Below are positions 1 through 13,361 of a stretch of 64,000 nt of DNA, piece by piece (position 1 is the stretch's first letter; each line of letters starts with the position of its first letter). The notes beneath the pieces are model-generated. The model worked only from the letters and a program-made list of their open reading frames with translations. It did no database searches and was not told the origin of the DNA. This DNA comes from Bigelowiella natans CCMP2755 (lineage: Eukaryota; Protista; Cercozoa). A program made the position numbers and the translations under genes. The stretch is taken from positions 1-64,000 of the forward strand of contig ADNK01001511.1 of NCBI GenBank assembly GCA_000320545.1, written 5' to 3'.

Positions 1-470
1 ACCCTAACCCTGACCCTCCTACTGACCTTTGTTGCGGTCCTCACTTTTGCCGTGATTTCGACCCTGATCCTGATCCTTGTCGCGGTCCTCACTTTGGCCG
101 TGATTTCAACCCTGATCCTGACCCTTGTCGCAGCCCTGACTTGTTCTCCTCGTTTCACTCCTGGTCCCAATGCTGATCCCGTTGCATTTCCCAACCCTCA
201 CCCCAAACCTGGTCCAAACTCCTCACCAAAAAACCGTGACTCTGACCCTCATCCCAGCCCTGACCGAAAACCCTCACCACTTTCCGTGACTTTGGCCCTC
301 CCTTTTGCCCTGAAAAAAACCCTGGTCGGTTTTTGCGACCAGTTTTCCTCACTTTGTCCCTCGTTTCGATCGTCACTTTGGTCGTCACTTTGGTCGTGGC
401 CCAGGAGAAAACCCTAACCCAAAACCTAAATCCTAACTCTGAACTCTAACCCTAAACTCTGACCCCAAAT
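1..470 (+). repeat. Degenerate telomeric/subtelomeric CCCTAA-type hexamer array
   Basis: Canonical ACCCTAACCC at 1-10 and 411-420 and CCTAA variants to ~455; in between, 6-nt-periodic variants (CCCTGA, CCCTCA, CCCCAA, TCCTGA). The C-rich strand at the 5' end fits a left chromosome end. Confidence 0.7.
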
Positions 471-797
471 CCTGATCGTTGCTGACCTGAGTGCATGACT
501 TTGTGCGTGACTTTGATGTTGAGAGTTTGACCAAAACCTCACAGACTTGGATTTGGATGCACTCGAATTGAGTTGTTTTGTGCAGCTGCACACACTTTGC
601 AATTGTGCTTCAGCTGCGAAACAGGTTGGGAATGGCGATGTGAAATCATCATGACACCAGATTGACAGTTGTGGCGCAGTCATTGCACATCTTTGCGGGG
701 GGCTGGCATCATGTGCTGCCCATCATCAATGATGATGTTGTGCCTCATGCATGACAGATGACAGGGAGCAAAAACAAACACTTGCCATCTTCTTCAG
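22..797. other. TpA-depleted tract T1 (subtelomeric, downstream of the gene 1 3' end)
   Basis: By eye, no TA dinucleotide in 22-414 or in ~456-797; rich in TGCA, CATG, TGTG. Confidence 0.75.
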
Positions 798-1151
798 TAA
801 GAATTGAATCTATCAATTTGTTACATGTGCAACGATCGAGTGCGAGTGACGAGCGACTGCCCAAACACTTACCGCATCATCATCAACATCACCTTTCACT
901 ACCTCATCGTCATCTCTCTCTCTTTCTCTCTCTCTCATGTAGTGTGCTGATGGTCAACACACATCTAATCCCTGCAATACGAGTAGCATTGAATAGGGCC
1001 TAAGTTACTACTCCACACAATTGTTTGCTAACTACTGTGAGGAGGAGGAGGATCCATCCGCTTTAATCATAGTAATTGTTCTTTCGCTGAAATAAGAGAT
1101 GAGATGGTTCAGAGAACATAGAGAATTCATATTCATTAGGGTTGGGTGGCA

Positions 1152-2396
1152 TCAAAGCAATTGTTTTTGCATCTTCCAAACAGAGCAAAACCGAAGCATG
1201 TGAGATATACATCATCATCATCATCATCACCAAACCACACACATCACATACATTCTTCCTCCAAAATAGATAAGAAAGTCCACCAATAAATACGGCAGCA
1301 CCACCAAGGACAAAGGCATCCTGCGAAAAAATAGTAAGTAGGAGCAGCAACCACGATAAAGATGATGATGATTATGATTATGATTGATCGTAACAAGGTT
1401 AGGTCTTTACGCATACCTACATGCATGGATGCATGATTTATGTACCACCACCAATCATCATCAAAACAACCTTAGCCCCCCATGTCCATTGGCCTGGAAC
1501 AACTTGTCGTGCGCTTAGCCGCGACGATGACGAGGATGATTTCTTGCTAATCTGAATGTTGTAAAAAATACAACATGTTGTAATAAATGGAGAGTATAGC
1601 CCGTTAGAGGTATAAGTAGCATTATTATTATCATTAGTAGTATTATTAGTAGTGCAGTAGTAGCACAAAGAGGAAGTAGCAACCAGCAGAAGGCTAATAT
1701 CAGCGAGAAGAAAAGGGGGTATCGTATCATCGTACTACTGCTGATGCTGCTGCTACTACTTCTACTCTGCTTGTTGTTTTTCTTATAGTTGGTGGTTGTT
1801 GAGCAGCAGCAGCAGCAGTAGTTTCGTTATTATTTCCATTCATCATCTTCTTCTTCTTTCTGCTGCTGTTGTTGTTGTTGTCCTCCTTTTACTCTTCCTT
1901 GTTCCTCCTCAATCAACCACTACTATCTATCACTCACTCACTACTACCACCACTATTTATTACTGTTATCATCATTTACCTATCTACCTACCTACCTACC
2001 TTTTTAGATGACGACTTTCCTGCTGCTGCTGCAGCCCTATTATCCCCAACCTTATTCAAAAACCCTGATTTTAACCCCGAAAAAGACTGTTGAGCTCCTG
2101 CTTTCTTAGACTGCTGTTTTGTATGTATGTAGCAGGAGAGGGAGAAGAATGACAGAAAGAAAGAAAGAGAGTGAGATAATATTATCGTTACTAAACAATT
2201 CTTAGCAGCAGTAGCGGCAGCAGCATTATTCAAATATAGTGTGGTGAGAGAAGGTGGTGAGGTTATCTTGTATATAATTGAAGAATTGAACATCATTGAG
2301 ATGATGATGATGATGATGATGTATTCTTCGAACTTATAACTACTTAAAGCAGCAATACCTGCTGCGGGCTTTGCAGTTCTCTGTTGTTATAATTGT

Positions 2397-2446
<50 letters not shown>

Positions 2447-3731
2447 ACAACAACAAAGATGTTAATGTCTATCCGTCTATCAGTCAGGAAGATACACACA
2501 CACACACACACACGCACGCACAATATATGCAAATAATGAAGAAAGATTGGATCTAAAAAGAAGAAAAAAACAACTTTTGTGTTTAGTTGAATAGGAAACT
2601 AGTAGCACCAAGTCGCCCACCATTACGTCTTATTCTCATTATTATTATTCTCATTATTATTCTAATTTGTATTTTGATGAGATATATTATTACGGTTTTG
2701 GTTGCAAGATGACATCTCCAGGCAAGAGAGTGGGGGGTACACGCATCATAATCGGTAACGGACTTTCTTCAATGCTGAATCTTTGGGTTCCTATTCGTTT
2801 GATAGTAGGTAGTAGATAACAGGATGATGATGGTGATGATTCATTATGATCAGAGATAGATAGATGTTCAATATAAAACACCTACCCAAAGACGACGATA
2901 ACAGATGATACACATACACCAAAAATTCAAAATAAAATACGATGAAAAGAGGAGAAGGAGGAGGAGGAGAAGGAGGAGGAGGAGGAGGAGGAGGAGGAGG
3001 AGGAGGAGAGCGAGCACACATTTTGATCGATCAAAGATAGACAAAACAATATGAGGCTGGAATTTTAATGATAAATCAAACATATCTTGATGCTTCCTTA
3101 AGGAAGAAAGCACTGATCTACCTCCTCCTCCTCCTTCTTCTTCTTTTTCTCCTTCTTCTTCTATTCGTTGCCCCTCTCAACATGCATGCATGATGATGAT
3201 GATTCGATTGAATAATACCTCCATTTCTTGTCTTTTCTTCACTCCATGAGGGGGGTAGGCGCACACGAATACCAAATTTACTGGTAGTAATAGTGATAAT
3301 AATAAGATAATAATCTATAGCATTATGAATCAACCATCATACACAAAATGCATACATACATCCATCCTCCCTCCCTCCCTCTCCCCACGAACAAAAGACC
3401 CAACCTAACCTCCTTTGGAAGGGGTAGATGTACGGTGTTCCAGGCTTCAATCCATTTGGTATTTTGAGGAGGATAAACCTGATTGATTGATTGATTGTGG
3501 TCATCATGATGATGGAAACTGTGATTAGTGTTATTATTTCATTATTATTACTTTTGTTATATCAAACATAAACTACTACTACAACGACGACATACGTAAT
3601 ATCACTCACTATAAGAAGTTGTTGTTGTTATGATTTGTACTAGTAGAGGCATATCGTCAACATTGATTACTCTCTCTTAGCTGGATTTTCCGGAGTCGTT
3701 TTGACCGGCAGCAGCTCGTGTGTCCAACCTG

Positions 3732-3765
<34 letters not shown>

Positions 3766-4204
3766 CATTATGATTCAATTTTTAAAAATATATTCATTGA
3801 AGATGATCATCATTACAATCATGATACATAAACAAATAATAGAGTAATTAGACACAGCAGAAGCACATCCTCTACCTGGGGGAATTTGAAATGGTATTCT
3901 TTTGATTCCAGAACGTTGTTGCTCTTGGCGGAGCTGATTACGCAGCAGCAGAGGATGATGATGATGATGACGATCAAATGATGAGTGATGATGATGATGA
4001 TGATGATGATGATGACGAAGAAGAAGAAAGAGGCAAACAAAGAAGAAGACACGTCGAGAATTTTGATTAAAATAAGCATAGTAGTACAATAGCAAGGAAG
4101 GAGGAGGATTCTTCTTTTCTTTTAGTTGTGAGAAACATACAGAAAGAGGAGAACATGATGAAAAGAAGGAGGAGCACGCATGCATGCTCCTACTAACACT
4201 TTGA

Positions 4205-4240
<36 letters not shown>

Positions 4241-7200
4241 GATAATACCTTCATGATGTCCATTTGTCGCTGCTGCATGTATTCCTTCCATCCCAAGCTA
4301 CCCCATAAGTACCATTTCCTCTGACAACCAACCAACCAACCATAAGTACTACGTTGTTGTTGTTGTTGTTGTTGCGTTTATTTAAATACGTGATGGATAG
4401 CAGTAATATTATCATATGATATTTTTTACATCATTATCAGATCATACCTCCTCAAGAGACGCGTTAAATAATTTAAGACTTTTAGCTTGAGGAGGCATTC
4501 GGTCATATTCCACGTACTTCTGAATGCACCTTTGTATATGTATATATAAATTATTATGAACGTACTTCTGAATGTACCTATGTATATATTAATTGTTATA
4601 TACTACGGAGGAGGTGAATTACTTTTTAAGGAATTCCGTTTTTTTGTCAATGGTATCAAGGGTCTTCTTCTCCTCTAGGTAGTCCATCAGCATGGCCTGA
4701 GAGAACAAGTACATCATCCACTATTACCATCACTAACTATTAATTCATCGAGTAGTTTCATCATCATGTAAGAAATATTATCACCTTTTCAACAGCAAAT
4801 TTATGAAGACCGTACTGATTCTGCATCTCCTTTGGGAACTCTGATGATAAAGGAAGAAGAAGAATAACAGCAGTAATGATCATACTGCTTTACCTACATT
4901 CGACCATCATCATAACTACTATTGTCATCATTGTAGAAGTAGTAGTAGTAGTAGTAGTAGGAGGAGGAGGAGGAAGAGGAGGAGGAGGAAGAATAATGTA
5001 GTGTATAGCGATTAACAATGTAAGTAAGAGTATCTGTCGCATGCTGGTAGAATATTAACCCAATAACCATGTGTCTTCTATTCCGCTCAGTAAAATATAC
5101 TTACTGCCACCCCTACTAGGTACTATTGCTACTACTCCTACTCCTACAACTACTACTTTCAAGTTTAATCCTGAAATTCTCTGGATCTGTACAAGCAGCT
5201 TTTGCATCCAGAATATCTTGAATATTGAGTTCCATTTCCTGGATGATGATGATAGTAAATAATACGAAGATGATGTACCAACTTATAATGTACCATTAAC
5301 AGGTTTAACATAACAAATATATGTTTCTTCAAATATGTGCTACTACTACTACTACTGCTGCTGCTACTTGTAAGAATAATAAATATGAATAATAAGTATG
5401 AATAATAATAAAATTACCGTTAGGTAGGTATCTCGTTTTTCCTTGCTTGTTAGCTTCTCCATATCTTTTTTCCTATGTTGTTTTTCAGGATGGATGATTT
5501 ACTGAATGGGAAATGTAATCTTCTCTAATCTAAATTTTGAAGGCACGCAACAGCAGGAGCAGCAGCAAAAGGTCATTGATGGACCCTAATTGTTATATCA
5601 TCCTTTGCTTTCATTTTTTGTGAAACAAAAGTTGATCTACATATGAATGATGAGAAGATGATATTTATGGTGATATTTATGTATTACATCTCAACCAACT
5701 TATTGTAGAAAACCCTCTTCTGTTCCATAAGTTTTTTCCTTTCCTCAGCTCTAAAATTTCATAATTTTTAGATCATCTTTGATTTAGAAATCAACTAGTA
5801 TGATGAAGATATTTTAAAGATGATGATGATGTCACATATGTCTTGACACATAATCATCATCATCATCATCATCATCATCCACATCAAAACCACTACGACA
5901 CCTACTACCATTTTTGAATATTGTGTGTGTGTGTGTGTGTGTGTGAAACGATGAAGCTAATGGTAGAGTCTTGACCTCTTCATTGCATCTTCTCTTTTTT
6001 TTTTCTCTTCTTGTTCCTTTTTCCGTGCTGCCTGTAGGGGATGGATGAATTCCAGAAGTAGTTGTTTATGTTGTTGTTGTTGATGATGATATATGAGATT
6101 GTAATTGTTCAACTATGACTTCTATCTACTCTTGTTCTTCTTCCTTTAGTTGTATGTTGTTACTAGTCTAGTTGGAACATAGTATATTGCATCAATCGGA
6201 GTAGTAACAGTAGTAGTAACAGTAGTAGTAACAGTAGTAGTAGTAGTAGTAGTAGTAGTAGTTTTTAGCCATACTTCTACTACCTCCTGAGCTGCTTCAA
6301 CACTCTCCATGTTCTGAGGGGAGAGGATGAATGAGAATGGTGGTGGTGGTGGTGGTGAAATGGGAGAGGTAAGTAATAGCCACCATCATGGAAAGATATG
6401 AAGAAACAGATTAAGTTGATAGGAGCAGTCTTAACAATATGATGATGATGATGATGATGATGATGTAACATTACCTCACTTACGAGCCTATTTAATCTCG
6501 GGGCTGCCATTACAGGTACTTCCTCCTCTGCAACTTCTTTCTCACCTTCCTTCGTTTCTGCCATTTTTATATATTTCCATCTTAGTCGATGATGGCGATG
6601 GTTCATTAGCAACAGTGGTAGTAGCACCTTCGTTCGCAATTGTAGTTGTCTCCGGAGTAGTAGTAGTAGTAGTAGTAGTAGCAGCAGCAGCTGCTGATTT
6701 ACTTTCGGGAGCTAGGGAAGCAGCTGCTTGAGCTGCCTCCGCTGCTTCTTTTCCTTGTCCTTCTGCTTCTTTTATTTTCCCTTCTTGTTGTTGTTTATTT
6801 TGTTGTTGTTGTTGTTGTTGTTGTTCTTCTTCTTCTTGCTGCTGATTATCTGTGGGCTGATTATCTGTGGGCTGATCTGCTGCTGGTGCTACCGAAGGTG
6901 GTGGAACTTGCACTTGCTCAGGAGCTTGGCCTGCCTTTGCCGCATCCTCCTTTTCTACTTCTTTATTCGGTGGAGGGGAATCATCATTATCATGATTTTG
7001 CACCGTCCTCTTAGTTGGGCGCAGTCCATCTGTATCAATCTTTATCAGCTGGGGCGGCTTCTTAGGTGGGGAGGATGATGCTCCCAATTTCTGTTCCGAG
7101 TCGATGATTTTTGCAAGAAGAGAAACGAAAGGCAAATGTTTAAGTTTACACCACTGTCTACTCAAGAAAAACAAGGTTTTGTTGGGCTATGGTTAAAATC

Positions 7201-7607
7201 GAATGCAATACCATACTACTAGGTTGAGAAACACAAGTGATCGAATGTTTGGGCATTGAGGCACTAATCCCATACTAGGCTAAGAAACACAAGTGATATT
7301 CGAATGTTTGGGCATTGAGCCACCTCCTCGCCTGCTTTCATTTCGGGTTTCTTGGGTGCGGCCGCTTTGGGTGCTGAGGCTGATGATTTCGCCGCTATAT
7401 AAATAGAGATATGCGAAACATCGAGATGCATCACACATGCTTTTAAAAAAATACAAATTTTGAGAAGAGTCGCTTCTGCCTCGAACAAAAAGTGGGTGGG
7501 ACGTCTCCAATAAAAGGTAGTAGAATACAGGCAATTGACACTCTACCTTCGTCATTCCCTGAGTTCATCTGGGCTGAATTTTGATGGGTTTGGTCTGCCC
7601 CATCCAT
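1152..7607 (-). CDS. Multi-exon (~20 exons) uncharacterised protein: low-complexity N-terminus, coiled coil, C-terminal transmembrane anchor
   Basis: GT-AG exons join largely in frame: MDGADQTHQ..., KLGASSSPPKKPP..., AARKKEQEEKKKREDAMKR, AMLMDYLEEKKTLDTIDKK, RKWYLWGSLGWKEYMQQRQ, FILLKIPNGLKPGTPYIYPF, MRVPPTLLPGDVILQP, DAFVLGGAAVFIGGLSYLFWRKN|MQKQLL*. No family recognised; terminal exon provisional. Confidence 0.7.
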
Positions 7608-8247
7608 GGTTGATTGGCTTTGTGGTATGCAGTCAGTGCAGCTGAGTCTCGGCTCTACGTAATTCGGTGTCTGGTACCGACGACGATTGCGCCCGGCATT
7701 CAAGAAAATTCAGACAAAAGAAGTTGTACGAAGGTGGTGATACACTTGCAATATCCTTCTTCGACAAAATTATATTTCAATTATGGTTAAGAATGTATTG
7801 GGTTTCTGCTCCCGTCCCAGAATTTTAAAAGAATCTGGGTATGAAGTCCTTTGCTCCCACTGTGTAAGATACAAATTCCGACAAAGAAGATGTTGACCCA
7901 AGAATTAGCGCGATATTAGCTAACAAATGGCATCTGATAAGCAAAAAATCCATATATTTACCTCTAATTCTGAAATAATGCAAAGAATAAACTGTGTAAA
8001 TTGTATTAAGATTGTCGGCATCAAAACAGGGGGGAATTCCAAATACCGACCTGCACTTTTTCCTCCCGAAAATCAACCTGACAAAAAGACATGAATTTTA
8101 AATCTGCGACAACATAAATGATGTCGTAGAATAGAATTGCATCCTACATACTCGTACCTCCAGATCAGCAAGCCTCTGGAGAGAGTACGAGGACAGAGGA
8201 TAGGACAGCAAACACATCAGAAAGATCAACAGAACATAAAAGATATA
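7608..8247. promoter_or_regulatory. Probable bidirectional promoter/5' UTR region
   Basis: ~640 bp microsatellite-free spacer between the divergent ATGs at 7607 (-) and 8248 (+). No specific motif identified. Confidence 0.4.
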
Positions 8248-9311
8248 ATGGCATCAACGAAATTATCATCATCATCATCATCATCATCATCTTCTTCTTC
8301 TTCAGCATGCTCCCGGACCACATGGCTCTATGTGGCTGAGAGTTTACTGATCGCCTGCCTATTCCTTCCCTCGGCTCTGATTTTATGGACTCCGGTTGCA
8401 TTTTCTGTTATTGTGAGGGCAGTGCTATTGAGGTTAGGATTCATCAATAGACGCCCTGACGTGCCCTTGTTTGCGAAAAACCGTCCTCGGTTCTTTTTCG
8501 ATGGGACCGGTCACCTCTTTCCTTACAGCCTTGGATGTGCCGCCGCACTAATGGACCAGTTCCAAATTGAGAAGGATGCTTGCTTCTTTGCTTTATCTGG
8601 CGGAAACATTAGTGCTCTGTGTCTTATTACAGGTGGTTTTCATATGTCTTGATGTGTTTGTATCCCATTTAAGTATTATGCATCACTGCAACGCTTCAAT
8701 TGCATCAAGTAGGTAAAAACCCTTCAGAGGTGCTGAAAGAACAAGAAAAGGCGTTAGCACTGCATGCTGCACAGCCGTTTGGGGGTCTTTTCAGTGATAT
8801 GAGTCCCTTGAGGGATTATCTTGATGAAATGCTTCCCGAAAACATACATGTCATGGCTACAGGGAAGCTTGCAGTAGTTGTCGCATCTTGGCCTCAGTGT
8901 GGTTTTCAATTTGTCGATGCCTTCCACTCACGCGCCAATCTCATTGATGCTGTTGTAGCTTCTTGTAGCTTTCCGTTTCTATCCTGGCGACCACAATTGG
9001 CAACTACCCGTTCTTCTTCTGACGCTGTTTCGCCAGCGATTTGGTTTGACGCAGGGCTTCAAAATGCAATTACACCTCTTGATTTCATCATGGATCTCTC
9101 AATTAGAGTCTTTCCTATTAGAATCTTGGGTGATTCTATAACCGCCACGATAGTAAGTCCAAAGGCCTTTACGGCATCTTTAAGTCTCGCCGCAACACCG
9201 CTCTCCCATTCTAAAGCTATCAAAATTATGAAACACGGTCGGGAGGACACATTGCATTATCTTACTGAAACAAAAGTGAATGGTCTAGAAAAGAAAGTAG
9301 TTCATAGATGA
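8248..9311 (+). CDS. Patatin-like phospholipase (PNPLA family), 2 exons, intron 8633-8712
   Basis: FFFDGTGHLFPYSLG (oxyanion loop), ALSGG (nucleophile elbow), YLDEMLPENIH..ATGKL, LIDAVVASCSFPF, WFDAG (catalytic Asp). ACAG|GT...TAG|GT joins ORFs 8137-8652 and 8700-9311 in frame. N-terminal hydrophobic helix. Confidence 0.85.
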
Positions 9312-10370
9312 CACATGATCACCCACTGAGCGTGCACCAGTGCAGGATCCGGATGTGTCAAAGATTCTAGCGGACCGATTTTGATGGCCAATCAAATGTT
9401 TCCTTTGAACACTGAATGTTTCACGGCAGGTGGAACAAAATATCATGATGTCGGAAGTTTGGGTCGGGTGCCAAAAAAGCTGACCGAAAATCCACGTATG
9501 CATTGTGATACAGCATGCACATGCTAGCATGGCTAGATGGCGACGAATGACAGTCTTCATTTTTGAGACAAGCTGTCACAGAGACCAGAGGACACGACAC
9601 CTGCTAGCCTGGTGCATCTCGCTAGCTCGATCTGCGTTTGGACACACAATGAGCACGTCATCTAGTCATCTCTGTCTCTTGCAGCAGGGATCGACAAGAG
9701 TCACAATCCCACTTGCTGTCGCATGCGCACGTGCGCAGCGAGCGAGCCGTTGCTGGCTCGCGGTGAAAAACTTGCATGCGATGCAAATCACCACCTGCAC
9801 ACGCTACGATCGCTCACTTTGCAAAATCCGATCTATGGATCCACCACACTTGCTAGCTTGCACACTTTGTTTTTTCTCACAGTGATGAGTTGCATGCAGT
9901 TGGGCAGCACTGGAGCAGGTTGTGCGTGGACAATGGTGTGGACACGTTGATGTGACACGTGCAACACGTGCATGACATCACGTTGTCCACCCTGAATTCA
10001 AGGAGGATGGTGCTGCGACTGCACTTTTTCGAAGAAACCAGCTGTGAATGGTCGCCACCAGTGCCGCTGCTGCTGCTGCACTTGGTCAATGATTTGTGAC
10101 AGATTGATCGTGCTCAAACCGCAACACAGCAATTGCGAGTGGCAAGGCCAGCACCTGTTCGGACAAACTGGCACGAGTGGCATGTAGCTGCCAGTGCTGA
10201 GTGTGACCTGGTCAATGTTTGTTCGAATGAACTGCCACCAGCAGTAGCAGTGGCAGCAGCAACAGCATTGATGGTTTGTCAGAATGAACATTGACCAGAC
10301 ACCCACTCAGTGAACAAATCGATTGACTAGATGTTGCAGTGGCACATGTACCGGTTTCCTAGCAATTTGT
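9312..10370. other. TpA-depleted tract T2
   Basis: Begins right after the patatin stop. Very few TA, most of them in CTAG. Contains mutated copies of the adjacent repeat. Confidence 0.8.
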
Positions 10371-10885
10371 TCGACATCTGGTCAATCGATTTGTTCACTG
10401 AGTAGTGGCATCTGGTCAATATTTATTCGAACAAACTACTAGTGATATTGCTACTACCACTACTACTACATCTGGCCAATCGATTTGTTCACTGAGTAGT
10501 GGCATCTGGTCAATATTTATTCGAACAAACTACTAGTGATATTGCTACTACCACTACTACTACTACTACTAATATTTATTCGAACAAACTACTAGTGATA
10601 TTGCTACTACCACTACTACTACTACTAAAAAAAAAAAAGCCTCAAACCTAAAAATCAAAAGAAAAAAGTTTATTAGTCCCATAAGTCAGAAATTTTGCCA
10701 TGTTTTGCGATGCAAATTTTGACTTTCGCAATGTCCGTTATGAGACAACATCCACTATGAAAATCACTTCGGTGTAACAACATAGTTGGGAAGTCAAGGG
10801 CGCGAAAAGATTAACTAACTAACTAACTACTACTACTACTACTACTTCTACTAATACATCTGGCAATCGATTTGTTCCTTGAGTC
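10196..10885. repeat. Local ~95-bp repeat family in tandem and inverted copies
   Basis: Unit ACATCTGGTCAATCGATTTGTTCACTGAGTAGTGGCATCTGGTCAATATTTATTCGAACAAACTACTAGTGATATTGCTACTACCACTACT at 10374 and ~10468, partial at ~10571 and ~10855. Inverted, mutated copy at 10241-10334; mutated direct partial copy at ~10197-10240. Confidence 0.85.
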
Positions 10886-11095
10886 GGTAGAGCTATTTAC
10901 AACTTTAGAGGGAGGGAGAGGGAGAGAGACCAGAACAGATCACAAGAACAAGAACGCAGAGAACGAAGAAGGAGGGGGGGGAGGAGAAGGAGGAATGAAA
11001 GAAGATTAGCAACGTCGCGAGATTAGCAGCTACCAACGTCGCCTAACTACGTTTATAGTTCATCACAAGTAGAACTTTGCAGGTGGCGTAGTAAC

Positions 11096-12025
11096 ATGGA
11101 AGTATCATCATCATCATCATCATCATCGCTGGAACCTTTTCTTCCCAATGATGAGGATGACTACGATTATGCCGATTCTGATCCCAGCCACAGCTCCCAT
11201 CGTCGATATGAGAATGGGGTCTATTTGCTAATAATGATATTCTCTCTAGTGACACTGACGTGTGCAAACCAATTGTTGTTGTTTTTGCTGCTGCTTCTGC
11301 CCAATTAACGACGTAAGGTTGACCATGCAGAGATGGAAGCTTATCCCCTCTGTGATAAGTATGTACAATAACTCAATCGATGATCTTTTACGTAATGACG
11401 TAGCAACTGCTTATTGAAGAAATGCTATAGCTCTGTCGAAACTCGTGCGTGCTATTATTACAACTAAAAAAAAACGAAGATGATGATAATGCGTAGACTC
11501 GCCATTTATAGTCGGTATCTAACTCTGCTTTAACGTTATTGGATATAATACTAAGTATCATATGTTACAACTACTGCCAAGATTATTCTGCACGGAAACA
11601 GTTTGGGATACTGTCGCATCTGGAAATCCAAGAAGGGTGGGTGGGTGGATGGTGACTTCATAAATATAGGAGAATGATAATAATCATGATAACAATATTA
11701 GCGGATAATGCTACCAACGCACGGAACATGATAGATCATCGCTTATTGTGTATGTTTTAAATGTGATGTCGGTCAATGATTGTTTTCTAGGGTTACTGGG
11801 GTCCATGGCCTTCCAATGGAATGGCACTCGAGAATTCGTGTGAATCAGATTATCTTTTCTCGAAGTATATTTCGGAGTTTTGGTGTACGCTGTCGTGCTT
11901 AGTCATCTTCACGGTAGTAGTAAGAAGTAATATAGTAGCAGTGCCACCACCGCAATTGCGTAGTCGATTACTCAGCTGTTGCTTGCATTCTATTACAAGA
12001 TTGCACTCCAAATTCAACTATTTAT

Positions 12026-12069
<44 letters not shown>

Positions 12070-12486
12070 AGTGGTTTGATTGGACTTTGGCTTACTCATC
12101 GCTTTTATCGGAAATCGTTATTGTCGTCGTCATCATTGGCGTCTACCACTAAGTCAAGCAATGTCATCATTAGCAGTGTGAACAGCAGCAGCAGCAGCAG
12201 CAGCAGCATGAGGATGACACCTGCTTCTGTACTATTCGTCAATCTCATGGCAGTCGGCATTTTTGGGTCCAATTACTGTAGTAGTAGTAGTAGTAGTAGT
12301 AGTAGTACAATTATTCAGAAAAAGACCAGCAGTGCTCGTATTAGTAGTAGTAGCAGCAGTGACGTCAATTAGATCATTTCTCATTTTTTTGAAGTTACTG
12401 CGGTTATTTTGTTATTCTATTTTCTTCTTCCTGCTCCTCCTCGAGACCTTGTTCCTTGACGTTCAACGTTCTAGGAAGTACTGAGA

Positions 12487-12522
<36 letters not shown>

Positions 12523-13329
12523 CCCCTCCCTCCTCTTCTTACATCATGATTTTCTTCTCGGCGGTGCTGGTGGATTTTAGAGTTGGTGCACATATGACAC
12601 AATGGAGGTTTTGGGAAATATTGGAACTGATGGCTCTTCAACATTTTACTGTACTAGTAGTAAAAACTATTACTACTAGATTATGATGATGATGATGATG
12701 ATAATGATGATGATGATCATGTGTTGTGATACTAATGTAAACTATAGTGCTAATATCTGTTGCATCCTCCTCATTTAGGTGTTCGTAGCTTTGATTGCTT
12801 CTATACTTGGCTGGGGTTTTCGATCTTATAGCAACATCAAATTTTGCCTGAAAGTATCTTTTTCGCAACTAGTTGTTGTGGCTCCTACTCTTTACTTCAA
12901 CAATATTGGTTACTAATTCAAAGAGAATATTAGTAGTAGTAGTAGTAGTAGTAGTAGTAGAGTAAGAACAGCAACGACTGAGTAGTAGTAGAGGAAGAAA
13001 TAGATTTATAATTCAAGAAGAGGGTTATAATGGACGCTTGAACAGAATGTTAGATCAGCAGAATTCTTCAAGTGGAGGAGAGTAGAATAGATGAGTAACG
13101 GGCTAGAATAGCTTGACAACTCATCTGGTCGTTAAAACTTGACGATATAACACATTTCTTTTATCACTCCACAGCTATGGAAATAATTGTCGCGTTGTCA
13201 GTGATACTTGCGCAGGTAGTGTTGTTTATCGTATGTAGTAGAAACATATGTTGGTAGTGTTGTTTATTGTATGTAGTAGAAACATATGTTGGTAGTGTCA
13301 TGCTGTGATGTTAAACAATTAGCTACTAT

Positions 13330-13361
<32 letters not shown>

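Noticed and set aside
52-417. 121-aa ORF with a hydrophobic N-terminus
   Set aside because: Translation of degenerate telomeric hexamers (LTLILTL, PNPHPKP).
3020-3113. Putative extra exon in gene 1 creating a TGA at the next junction (possible second Sec)
   Set aside because: Skipping it joins the flanking exons in frame (NG|GTQRF), and there is no redox-motif context.
7211-7319. ~50-bp imperfect tandem duplication (also 38 bp x2 at ~13215-13298)
   Set aside because: Ordinary intronic slippage duplications with no sign of function.
10374-10630. Regularly spaced repeats resembling a CRISPR array
   Set aside because: Whole units repeat with no unique spacers, there are no cas genes, and the context is eukaryotic.
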